A stretch of DNA of 64,000 nt from Phycisphaerae bacterium (GTDB taxonomy: Bacteria; Planctomycetota; Phycisphaerae; UBA1845). Shown here piece by piece: positions 20,436 through 29,193 of this stretch. The position numbers and the translations under genes are program-made. How positions within the stretch are numbered: position 1 is the stretch's first letter; the number at the start of each line of letters is the position of its first letter. The stretch is from assembly GCA_029260075.1 (NCBI GenBank), contig JAJDDY010000012.1:2176-66175 (forward strand), read 5' to 3'. The notes beneath the pieces were generated by a model that was not told the DNA's origin, ran no database searches, and saw only the letters and a list, made by a program, of their open reading frames with translations.

Positions 20436-22121
20436 CTACATCGGTGACTCGGGCGCCATGGCCTGCATCACTCGTTCAACGGCTCGGAACGGAATGTGAA
20501 TGTCCAGCCGCGCCGGTTCACCCGAAAGAGAGGCTGAGATGGCGATGGGCGGACCGGGTGCGACGTCTCCCACGTCCGCGGCACCAAGCATCGGGCCGAA
20601 CATGGACATGGCCACCGCCGCATCCACGAGAATGACCGCATTCTTCTTGGCTGGCAACGCCGCCAGCGCTTCGACCACATACTTCGATGAAGAGAGCGGC
20701 TTCGAACCCTTGGAACTAAACGCTTGCGCGATCAGTCTCTCCGTGCCCATGCAGAATCGCACCGCGCCGCCCTGCATGCCCAATCCGAAACGCGCGTCTT
20801 TTCCGAGTATCGACGCGGACATAGCCGCAGCCGGATTGTTCGGATCCATCTTGAGCATGAACTGTTCGACAGACGCACCACCAATGTCCTTCACCCCGAG
20901 TGATTCGTAGCTCGCGCCTTTGAGTTGCTGGCTGAGTGGGTTCGATGGATCCAATGACGCTTTCACCAACTTGAGCAGCCCTGGCGCGTCGCTCGTCGTG
21001 TACGCCCCGGACATCGTCAAGACGCCGCCCGACGAACCGATCGTCGCCCACGTTCCTTCGAGTTTCTCATAGATTTCAAATGTCGACCGCATCGCGTCGG
21101 TGAGTTGCTTTGTTTGGTCGTTCGCGCCGTCGCCCTGCGCGATGCCGCCTTCCATGGCCGCAATCGCCTTGGTCTTCAGATAGCCGAAGAACGGTGAATC
21201 ACTACCGGGAACTTCCGAGGCGATCGCCGCGAAGAACGATTGATCGGGCGTCTTCGCAAAGAAGCCGCCGCTCGCTGGTTTCTGTTGGCTGAGGTAGGTC
21301 TTGATCGAACCATCCAAGTACCCCGTGGCTACCGTAATGTCCGCAGCCTTGTCCGTGATACCTACGAACAGATCGACGTACGAGACTTGAGTCATGAAAT
21401 CCTTGGCCGCATCGACAACAGAAGAAATGCCCGCCGTCGCCATGGCTGCATTGCCGCCCTGCTGTCCCATCATCATTGCCAGCATGGGTGCCATCTGTGC
21501 CGCCTGCGCTAGACCGCCCAATGCGTCGCCCCGGACTGCATCGATTTCCATATGCATAAGGAGTTGGCGCTTGCCCAACAAACCCAGACGTGGCTTGATC
21601 GCCTGCGTCAATGACTTACCCTCTGCGCACGCTTGGGCAAGCGTATCCTTGTATGTGGATGCCACGACATAGTCACCGCGAACGCGTGCGAAAAGGATAT
21701 CGCCTTCCTCTGCGCCCAACTGCCATAGGCCGTCTTCCTCGGAAGCCGGAAGGTCCAGCGTCTTGATCTTCGTGGCGAAGTCCGGAACACGCACCCATAT
21801 GGCTGTACGATCGCCACTACCCATGTTCGGACCGGCGATAGCCACAGGCTGCGTGAAGTCGACAAGTTCGCCGAAGCTTAGCTGACGCTGCAACTGCTTC
21901 ACGAAGCCATCGTCGTCCTTAGACGGATCGAAGCGCTTCATCGTGGCGAGCACCTGCTTGTCGAAAGCGGTTGGGTTGTTAATCACCAGACTGAATGCGA
22001 AGTCCGACGGCATGAGGTTGGTCACGCGCTCGACACTCGGCGCTTGGCCGTAGGAAGAAGCGACCGGCAAAGCCAACACGATCGACAGCAGGAACGTGGA
22101 AAAGATGGAACGTTTGAACAT
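20436..22121 (-). CDS. Secreted hypothetical protein (561 aa)
   Basis: ATG 22121 preceded by AGGAG. Signal peptide MFKRSIFSTFLLSIVLALPVASSYGQ. No catalytic motif recognised. Confidence 0.75.
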   Translation of the reverse strand: MFKRSIFSTFLLSIVLALPVASSYGQAPSVERVTNLMPSDFAFSLVINNPTAFDKQVLATMKRFDPSKDDDGFVKQLQRQLSFGELVDFTQPVAIAGPNMGSGDRTAIWVRVPDFATKIKTLDLPASEEDGLWQLGAEEGDILFARVRGDYVVASTYKDTLAQACAEGKSLTQAIKPRLGLLGKRQLLMHMEIDAVRGDALGGLAQAAQMAPMLAMMMGQQGGNAAMATAGISSVVDAAKDFMTQVSYVDLFVGITDKAADITVATGYLDGSIKTYLSQQKPASGGFFAKTPDQSFFAAIASEVPGSDSPFFGYLKTKAIAAMEGGIAQGDGANDQTKQLTDAMRSTFEIYEKLEGTWATIGSSGGVLTMSGAYTTSDAPGLLKLVKASLDPSNPLSQQLKGASYESLGVKDIGGASVEQFMLKMDPNNPAAAMSASILGKDARFGLGMQGGAVRFCMGTERLIAQAFSSKGSKPLSSSKYVVEALAALPAKKNAVILVDAAVAMSMFGPMLGAADVGDVAPGPPIAISASLSGEPARLDIHIPFRAVERVMQAMAPESPM

Positions 22122-22335
22122 CGTATTACTCCTCGTTTGCCAAGGACGCCCTCGCGTCAACATGGGGACATAACGTCCGCTAATTGCACAGTGTTTCTTC
22201 GGTCAGGCCAAGATCAGACTACACACAAAAGCATTCACACCACCCACCAGCCTAGCCGTACTCGTCGCAGTCGCCAACCTTGCGCTGTACAAATTTGTCC
22301 ATTCCCGTCGGCTCGACCGCATATTCCGGTACGTG

Positions 22336-23286
22336 CTATTCCTCCGGTACGCCAAGTAGGCTAGTGATCCGATCAAAATCATCGAGGGAGTAGTAATACA
22401 AAACCACGCGGCCAGTGCCTTTTCGCTGACCCGTATGAATCGTCACCTTCGATTTGACCGCGGATTCGAATCGCTGCTCAAGATTACGAATGTGCGCCGA
22501 TCCTTCCGCCTTTGCAGGCTGGCGCGACTCCCCATCGTCAGACCCCCGCCTTTTCTGCCGCCGCACGATTTCTTCCACCGCGCGTACGGACAGATCGTTT
22601 TCCATGATCGCGTCTGCGAGACGCTGCTGCATGGCTTCATCTTCGACACCGAGCAGGCATCGCGCGTGACCCATGCCCAGTTGACCTCCTGCTACTTTTT
22701 GACGTATGGCATCGGGCAAGTCCAGCAGTCGCAGATAGTTGGCGACGGTGGAGCGGTCCTCGCTCACGCGAGTAGCCACTTCCTGTGTACTCAGCTCGAA
22801 ACGATCGCAGAACCGTCGGTAGGCTTGGGCTCGGTCGATGGCGTTGAGATCCTCACGCTGGAGGTTCTCAATCAGGGCCAATTCGAGCATCTGCTCGTCG
22901 GTCGTCTCCCTGACAAGCACGGGCACAGCCTTCATGCGTAACGACTTGGCTGCACGCCACCGCCGCTCACCTGCTATGATTTCCAGGCGCCCGGATACGG
23001 AGCGCGCCGTGATTGGCTGTAGGATTCCGCTCTGACCGATCGACTTGGCTAGAGATAGTACCTGTTGGTCGCTAATAGTACCACGAGGTTGAAAAGGGTT
23101 CGGATTCAGCTCGTTCGTTGGAACCATTCGCACTTGTAGCCCGTCATCAGGCGCGGATTCTTGGCGCGCGGCGCTTGGAGCTGTCGCAGGCTTCTGCGCA
23201 TTGGTGGGCGTTGCTTCCGGCTCAGCACGAAGGTCTGAGACCAGCGAGTCAAGACCTCTACCGAGTCTTCGCGCGGACTTGGCCAT
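22336..23286 (-). CDS. parB: Chromosome partitioning protein ParB
   Basis: ATG 23286 preceded by AAGGAGG. MAKSARRLGRGLDSLV, NPFQPR, GILQPI, IIAGERRWRAA and ENLQREDL are ParB/Spo0J signature boxes. Confidence 0.95.
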   Translation of the reverse strand: MAKSARRLGRGLDSLVSDLRAEPEATPTNAQKPATAPSAARQESAPDDGLQVRMVPTNELNPNPFQPRGTISDQQVLSLAKSIGQSGILQPITARSVSGRLEIIAGERRWRAAKSLRMKAVPVLVRETTDEQMLELALIENLQREDLNAIDRAQAYRRFCDRFELSTQEVATRVSEDRSTVANYLRLLDLPDAIRQKVAGGQLGMGHARCLLGVEDEAMQQRLADAIMENDLSVRAVEEIVRRQKRRGSDDGESRQPAKAEGSAHIRNLEQRFESAVKSKVTIHTGQRKGTGRVVLYYYSLDDFDRITSLLGVPEE

Positions 23287-23635
23287 CGTATCCTCCTTGA
23301 TCACAAGTTTTGCAGTTCGAACGCTACCGGTCCTCCGCAGCACGGCTCAACACTTGGAGGCGGCCAGTTGCGACACCGAATGCGCTCTGGAATCGTCCCA
23401 CAGCCGCCGCGCCCGTCGATTCCGGATGGAGCGTGCCCCGGACCGAAGCGAATTCCATCGGCGGACGTTGCGTGTATATGGTACGCATGAAGATCATGCA
23501 ACCCCCTGGCGATTCATCCGTGTTTCGGAACTTGCCATGGCCACTTCGTCTCACGCCCACGAGGCTGGTGACGCACGCTTTTCCGCTTTTCCGGTAGTCC
23601 TGGCCGTACGCGGCGTGGTCAAGCGTCCGGGACCG

Positions 23636-23651
23636 TGTTTCACGTGAAACA
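23636..23651. promoter_or_regulatory. parS centromere-like site 1 (perfect consensus)
   Basis: TGTTTCACGTGAAACA, an exact 16-bp palindromic parS consensus, 350 bp upstream of the parB start. Confidence 0.9.
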
Positions 23652-23797
23652 GTATCGCCAGTAATGACGAGATCCGACGACCTGCTATCGAAAAGCGGCG
23701 AGTCGGTAGACAGATCGTCCTGCGCCCCCAGATGGTATCGGCAAGGCGGTCCGTCGGAAGAGGTCGCCGAGATTGGGGTGCGTGACAGTTGCGGCGC

Positions 23798-23935
23798 GTA
23801 CCCCATTCCTCGCCGTAGGCGAAGGGTGGGGCACGGATAGTTCACGCGAAGAGCAGTAGTGCTCCACGTCTTTGCGTCACGAAGAACTCTTGCTTCCATG
23901 TGGTGCGTTACACGGTGACGCGAAGAATGGGGCAT
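23798..23935. repeat. Family-C composite repeat, copy C1
   Basis: GTACCCCATTCCTCGCCGTAGGCGAAGGGTGGGGCACGG...CACGGTGACGCGAAGAATGGGGCAT. The ends are inverted complements. Colinear with copy C3. Confidence 0.75.
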
Positions 23936-24175
23936 CCATATCGGTCTTGGCCCCGCCGAATCTGCTTGAACCCCAGAAATTGCGGCCTGCGACACCCGCC
24001 ATGCCGCGTGAACCTGACCAACGATGTCACGATTGATGACCGCGCCCCACGACGTCGTCCGCTGGAATCCGAGATGGAGGGTCCTTTGCTCGGCCGCTGT
24101 CCTAGATCGCGGTAGCTCAGAGGCAGCAAGAGCATGCGTTGGACGACGCATCCTATGATCGCTTCCGGATGCGCT

Positions 24176-24191
24176 TGTTTCACGTGAAACA
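24176..24191. promoter_or_regulatory. parS centromere-like site 2 (perfect consensus)
   Basis: TGTTTCACGTGAAACA, a second exact copy 540 bp from site 1. Confidence 0.9.
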
Positions 24192-24237
24192 ACGCTGTTA
24201 TGCCCTGGCCACGCAACTACGCGGCGACACCATCCAG

Positions 24238-24409
24238 CCTAGTGCTTTGTCACAGCTAAGACTTCGGGTTGCGTTTGTCTGATCAGGCGCCGTGGGCGCC
24301 AGCCCGCGGACCGGTCCCACCGCTAGTGCGGAGGGCTCTGATCGGCGCGCGCGGCTCCGCTGGTGCGGGCGGCGACAACCCGAACATTAAGGTGTGACAA
24401 AGCACTAGG
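24238..24409. repeat. 17-bp perfect inverted repeat flanking a 137-bp GC-rich segment
   Basis: CCTAGTGCTTTGTCACA (24238-24254) and TGTGACAAAGCACTAGG (24393-24409) are exact reverse complements. Confidence 0.8.
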
Positions 24410-24424
24410 TAGTCTGTCGAGGAA

Positions 24425-24460
24425 GTGTGGTACCGGCTGCCATCCGGTGATCTATTCGCG
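24425..24460. repeat. Family-B hairpin repeat, copy B4 (diverged)
   Basis: GTGTGGTACCGGCTGCCATCCGGTGATCTATTCGCG. Confidence 0.6.
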
Positions 24461-24994
24461 ATTTCGTCCTCTTGGTGGGAACGCAGCACTTTATCACGTG
24501 CGAGTTCTCGTTGACGGGCTTGAATACCCGTATTGTTCAACATCCTGCTTGCGGTATTGCCAACGTCTGCGGCAACGCAATCTGTAGGCTTGCAATAATA
24601 CGCATGACGCGTGCATAAGACTTCGGTGCAATCTTGCTTGCGGCGTATGGGGTATCGGACGCAAGCGCGCTGGCGTAACCCGGAACGTCGCACCCATAGT
24701 TCCGATCGTTGTGCAATAACCGACGTGTACAATCGCCGAACACAAAGTGCCATAGGTGTGGCACTTTTGGGAACGCTCTCGGTAATCGCTCCTTGATCAC
24801 GGTAACAGGATCGGTCTCGCCGTACGCGAAGGAATCGTTTGCCGCTCGAAGTGTGTGATTGCAGTGGAGCCAACGATTCGTGCGCGAGCGAACGTACAAC
24901 GTTTGCCATTAGCAAGGAATCCACGGCATGCACGTTGTGGCGCATATTGCTTGTATTTCACGGTAAAACAGCCGTAGCGCGACGTTGCAGATGC

Positions 24995-25035
24995 GGGTGC
25001 CCCATTCTTCACCGTAGGCGAAGAATGGGGCACCC
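24995..25035. repeat. Family-C repeat, minimal hairpin form (C2)
   Basis: GGGTGCCCCATTCTTCACC-GTAG-GCGAAGAATGGGGCACCC, a near-perfect ~17-bp stem. Confidence 0.75.
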
Positions 25036-25182
25036 CGCTACGAAACATCTGAAGCATCAACGCTGCATCATCTTGATCGTACGCTTGATTGACATCGATC
25101 GGCTTGCGACGGTCGGTTTGCGGTGTGGCTACTATTCAAAGCTGCGGAGATGTTGGCCGGATCAGACGTGGTTCGTTGTGAG

Positions 25183-25258
25183 AAAAAAAGGAGCCCGAGG
25201 TGCGTCGGGTGTATAGCCGGTTCCTTACAAAAAAACCAAACTGCTCGCACCTCGGGCT
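25183..25258 (-). terminator. Long-loop stem followed by a T7 run (minus strand); possible terminator or 3' end of an unannotated transcript
   Basis: On the minus strand, AGCCCGAGGTGCG (25258-25246) pairs with CGCACCTCGGGCT (25204-25192), then C plus TTTTTTT (25189-25183). The 41-nt loop is atypically long. It sits about 300 nt downstream of the PQQ-propeller stop. Confidence 0.35.
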
Positions 25259-25565
25259 TCCCCCACGCAGTAAGTACGAGTCACACAGGTAATCCTGGCG
25301 CGCCCACAAGATTTTCTCGTCGCGTCCGTGAGACGACTATAAAGAAGTACATCACCCGGTGGGGGCTGGCGCTGTGATCCTGTGCATGCAGGGGGGGTCC
25401 GAGAGAACGCGGGATGAGCCGACACATGTGGACCGGGCAGCGACTGCGTATTTATCGGACGCATCTTCGCGGGTGCGCGGGTTGGCGCGTCGACTCCGGG
25501 GCGTAGGAGTGGCCTGCCCTGTCGGTATGTATGCTCGGAGTGTGTCTCCGACTGCTGAGGGTTGT

Positions 25566-26942
25566 CTATTCGCTCGTATCCGAAATGGCCAAGAGGTGGC
25601 TTCGCGTTCGGTACAGCAGGACGCCTTCCGAAATCGCGGGCGTAGCCATGCATATCTCGCCCATCGTGTTTTCCGCGAGCAGCTTGTATTGATTCCCTGC
25701 GTCGAGCACGAAGACGCTGCCCTCTTCGCTGGTGAAGTAGACCTTTCCGTCACCAGCTATGGCGGAGGAGGTGAAGCCCGTCCGTCCACCGCCCAAGCGC
25801 TTCTTGTAGATAATCGATCCACTCGATGCGTTGACGCAGGTCATCGTGCCGTTGTTGCGACACAGGTACAGTTTGTCGCGGTAGACGATTGGCGTCTGCA
25901 TGTAGTTGCCACGCCGGTTGTAACTCCACTTGATGTGCTCGTTGCGCGTCTTACCCTCGCCGAGCGTGATGTCACCCGTAGCGCTTGCGCGGATCGCATA
26001 CACCGGGGCTTGGCGACCGTGTGCGTTGGTGATGTAAATCAAGTCATCAGAGACGATCGCTGTGGGGACGGGGACGTCACCGCCGCCGGTCATCTTCCAA
26101 AGTTCATGGCCGGTAGCAAAATCATACGCACCGATGTGGCGCCAACCGTTGGCGATGATCTGCGTGCGGCCGTCGTGTTCGAGCACGGTCGGAGTGCCCC
26201 ACGTTGGCACTTCGTCCCGCAGCACGCGCCAGACTTCTTTACCAGTTTGCACATCCAACGTCGCAATGAACGATTGGTTGTTGACGTCGCATTGAACGAT
26301 AACGCGATTCTCGTAGATGACGGGCGAACTACCAAACCCCCATTGAATCTCTTTCGCGTTGAAGGCGCCGGCGTCGAGGTAACCGAGATCGACTTTCCAC
26401 AGCTGTGTGCCGTCCATATCGAAACAGTACAGCCCCTCCGAGCCGAACGAGACCACGACGTGCTTGCCGTCGGTTGCGGGTGTGCTGTTGGCGTGCGTGG
26501 CTTTGATGTGTCGTTTCACCTTGGGGATACCCTTGTAAGCCAGGCGGTTCCAGATGATCTTTCCGGTGTGCTTATCGATGCACAGCGTCCGATATTCGTG
26601 ATCAAATGGTTCAGGGTTGTCAGGGCTTGCGCCATAGAGGCCGACGCGCAGTTGGGGGTTGGCGTTTTCGGTGACCACGGTGGTTAGGAATACGCGATTG
26701 CCCCAAACAACCGGAGACGAGTGGGCGAGACCGGGGATGGGCGTCTTCCATTTGATGTTGTGGCCGGATTCGACGTCCCACTGCGTCGGCGTCTTGAACC
26801 CGTCGGCTACGCCGCTTGCCTGCGGACCGCGAAACGATGGCCAGTGTACACCCGAAGGCTCGGTCGCACTTACCATCGACGGTGCCCACGCTGCTACGAA
26901 TCCCACAACGACTGGTATGAACTTCCGCTTGGTATTGATCAT
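25566..26942 (-). CDS. Secreted PQQ-like / BamB-like beta-propeller repeat protein
   Basis: ATG 26942 preceded by GAGGAG. Signal peptide MINTKRKFIPVVVGFVAAWAPSMVSA. Repeated propeller blades (WPSFRGP, NIKWKTPIPG, GKIIWN, GTQLWK, GKEVWR, GHELWK). Confidence 0.85.
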   Translation of the reverse strand: MINTKRKFIPVVVGFVAAWAPSMVSATEPSGVHWPSFRGPQASGVADGFKTPTQWDVESGHNIKWKTPIPGLAHSSPVVWGNRVFLTTVVTENANPQLRVGLYGASPDNPEPFDHEYRTLCIDKHTGKIIWNRLAYKGIPKVKRHIKATHANSTPATDGKHVVVSFGSEGLYCFDMDGTQLWKVDLGYLDAGAFNAKEIQWGFGSSPVIYENRVIVQCDVNNQSFIATLDVQTGKEVWRVLRDEVPTWGTPTVLEHDGRTQIIANGWRHIGAYDFATGHELWKMTGGGDVPVPTAIVSDDLIYITNAHGRQAPVYAIRASATGDITLGEGKTRNEHIKWSYNRRGNYMQTPIVYRDKLYLCRNNGTMTCVNASSGSIIYKKRLGGGRTGFTSSAIAGDGKVYFTSEEGSVFVLDAGNQYKLLAENTMGEICMATPAISEGVLLYRTRSHLLAISDTSE

Positions 26943-27506
26943 CTCGTAGACTCCTCGGGTCTTGCCTGGCATTGCATGGCGCCACGACTTTGCCGTTGGG
27001 TTAGGTTGTCGGTTCAGGTTTCCTGTCCGCCCGTGTTCATACCGACGCGCTACCGCCCGCTATCCCGTGGGATAAGGTCGATTCACGTCTCCAGCCTGTC
27101 CACGTTTATACCCTCTTGGCGGGTTTCTGAACAAGCCTAACGCGTTGCGTTTGCGACGGGCTGCGGTCCAGTTGGCTACAGATTCGTCTACTCCGCGGCG
27201 TTATTTTTCGGACGGATCGTCGTCGTCTGGCAGCGGGGACCGACCGGTTGGCGGGGTCGGTGATTTCTGGTACAAACCCGCCGAGTTTCGGCGGGTGTAG
27301 GTGCGCCCGTTCACGACGTTCCAGGTGGCCACCGAGGGCGTTCCGGCGCGGGGCGCTGCCCGGGCGCGTCACCCGATCCCGCACGGCTCACGAGTAGTGG
27401 TACACGTTCGGGTTGTGCGCTGTCCGAAGCGTCCGCATGGACGGTAAGTTAGTCGGGACGTTGCGCTAGCGGGTACAGCCCGAAACCACATGACAACAAG
27501 ACCGGA

Positions 27507-27941
27507 ATGATCCGGGCGGAGTATCCATCGTTGGAAGCATACGGTATCCATTGCATCGCCGAGTTGTACGACTGCCCCGGCGAGCTGCTTAACGATAAAG
27601 ATTACGTCACGCAGGCGGTGCGCGATGCGGTCGAGCGGGGTATGGCCACACTCATCGGCGAGGTCTCGCACAGCTTTCACCCTCAGGGCGTGACGGCGTT
27701 GGCATTGATCGCCGAGTCACATGTGGCTGTACATACCTGGCCCGAGTGCGGATACGCCGCCGCCGATGTGTTCACCTGTGGTGATCAAGCAAGTGCGGAG
27801 CGTGCGTGCGAACATCTCATCGTCGCGCTGCAGGCCAAGCGTCACGTGCTCAAGAAGATCGAACGCGGTTTGCACGTGGGCATGCCCGAATCTTCAATTT
27901 CGGTCGACAATGCGGCGGTTGCCCTGTCGAGTTCCCCATAA
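27507..27941 (+). CDS. speH: S-adenosylmethionine decarboxylase proenzyme (pyruvoyl type, class 1B)
   Basis: GIHCIAELYDC...VTALALIAESHVAVHTWPE...AADVFTCG. The E-S self-cleavage site is present in its usual context. Confidence 0.9.
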   Translation: MIRAEYPSLEAYGIHCIAELYDCPGELLNDKDYVTQAVRDAVERGMATLIGEVSHSFHPQGVTALALIAESHVAVHTWPECGYAAADVFTCGDQASAERACEHLIVALQAKRHVLKKIERGLHVGMPESSISVDNAAVALSSSP

Positions 27942-27971
27942 CCCATCATTTCAAAGACGGACGGCCGCATC

Positions 27972-28922
27972 ATGGCTGGTGGCGAAGTCGGTACTGAGTT
28001 TTGGTTGCATGAGTACATCACACCGTGGGATTTCTACGCCCATGGGATTACCAAGGTGCTCGAGTATCGCCGTACGAAGTTTCAGGAAATGTACATCGTA
28101 GAGACCGGCGCGTATGGGCAGGCGCTCGTGCTGGACGGCAAGTGGCAGTCGTGCTCGGGTGATGAGTTTCTCTATCACGAGCCGCTGGTGCATCCGGCGA
28201 TGCTGTTGCACGGGTCGCCGAAGCGCGTGCTTATTCTTGGCGGTGGCGAAGGGGCTACGGCGCGTGAGGTGTTGCGTTGGAAGAGCGTCGAGCAGGTGAC
28301 CATGGTCGACATCGACGGCGAGGTGGTCGACGCCTGTCGATGCCATCTTGCGAGCATGCACCAAAACGCCTTCGACGACCCACGCCTCGAAGTCGTGATC
28401 GATGACGCTATTAACGTGCTCGACCGGGCTAATACAACCTGGGACGTGATCGTTTCCGACTTGTCCGATCCCATCGAAGATGGGCCGTCGTTCAAACTCT
28501 TCACGAAAGAGTATTTCGAAAAAGCCAAGCGCGTTCTTGCGCCTGACGGTGCATTCGTGCTACAGGCTGGACCAGTCGCGCCAGCCGAGCTTCGTCTTCA
28601 CGCTCGCCTCGTTCATACGATGCGCCAGGTGTTTGAGCACGTTCAGTCGTACACATCGTACGTGCCCACGTATGCATCACCGTGGGGCTTCGCACTCGCG
28701 CGTTCAACACCGATCGACACGCGACCGGACCCGGAAACGATTGACGGTCAGCTTTCCGAGCAAACCACCGGCGGGCTGAAAATGTTCGACGGGACCACAC
28801 TTCTAGGCATGCTGCAGCTACCGGCCCACATCCGCCGGGCCATCGACGACGAAACCGTCGTGTACTCGCTCGATCACCCGCCGAAGTTTTTCGGCAAGGG
28901 TACGCTGGGTGCGTCTGCCTAA
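27972..28922 (+). CDS. speE: Spermidine synthase (polyamine aminopropyltransferase)
   Basis: YHEPLVHP...VLILGGGEGATAREVLRW...VTMVDIDGEVV...DVIVSDLSDP, a spermidine-synthase signature. Adjacent to speH. Confidence 0.92.
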   Translation: MAGGEVGTEFWLHEYITPWDFYAHGITKVLEYRRTKFQEMYIVETGAYGQALVLDGKWQSCSGDEFLYHEPLVHPAMLLHGSPKRVLILGGGEGATAREVLRWKSVEQVTMVDIDGEVVDACRCHLASMHQNAFDDPRLEVVIDDAINVLDRANTTWDVIVSDLSDPIEDGPSFKLFTKEYFEKAKRVLAPDGAFVLQAGPVAPAELRLHARLVHTMRQVFEHVQSYTSYVPTYASPWGFALARSTPIDTRPDPETIDGQLSEQTTGGLKMFDGTTLLGMLQLPAHIRRAIDDETVVYSLDHPPKFFGKGTLGASA

Positions 28923-29193
28923 CGGTCGCGACGATAGCGGCGGGTAGTTGGCCCGTCGTGCTCCTGTCACATCCTTCGACCATGACGCCAAAGGTGATCG
29001 GACGTTTGTTTCTTGCAAGCCGTCCAATTCCAGAGAAACTATGACTAAGGCGTTTTAATGTCCGCTCGGATATTAAAATTTTTGATTGTTTATTGTAAAA
29101 CTAACTTGCGATTTGAGTAATGGAGTCATATATTGCAATGTGACGTTCGATACTCAAAACAATCCAGGTTTCTCGGGCTAGGGATGGTGTGCA

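Noticed and set aside
23324-24945. ORFs 23324..24151(-) and 24283..24945(-) in the region upstream of parB.
   Set aside because: The translations are Arg/Cys/His-rich and span the parS sites and repeat copies C1 and B4. There is no start context or motif. The region is treated as non-coding.
24951-24970. Possible third, degenerate parS (TGTATTTCACGGTAAAACA).
   Set aside because: It needs a 1-nt insertion and has several mismatches to the 16-mer. It is recorded only as something a ParB ChIP could test.
24500-25000. The lower-GC patch near the parS sites as oriC.
   Set aside because: I found no cluster of DnaA boxes (TTATCCACA or close variants); there are only isolated weak matches such as TTATCACGT and GAATCCACG. 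oriC more likely lies near dnaA, upstream of the window.
25360-25560. Possible tmRNA or RNase P RNA, prompted by GGGGGCTGGCG... and a GTCGACTCCGGGG segment.
   Set aside because: No matching 3' acceptor/CCA partner, no tag-ORF context, and no RNase P conserved regions (GGAAAGTCCGG, ACAGAA.CCGGCTTA) are recognisable by eye. An Rfam scan is needed before any call.
25359-26687. Long antisense or overlapping ORFs. Examples: 25359..26687(+), 52773..54137(+), 52900..54084(-), 40920..42314(-), 59351..60394(+), 47757..48641(-), 16043..16873(-), 38729..39664(+), 628..1197(-).
   Set aside because: Each lies opposite, or out of frame with, a CDS that has clear family motifs. Their translations are Arg/Pro/Gly-rich with no motifs. 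This is typical of shadow ORFs in high-GC DNA.
26943-27506. A riboswitch or leader in the 564-nt intergenic region upstream of speH.
   Set aside because: It contains hairpins (for example CCCGCCG-AGTTT-CGGCGGG at 27277-27295), but I recognise no SAM or polyamine riboswitch consensus. Much of it is probably the divergent promoter region.
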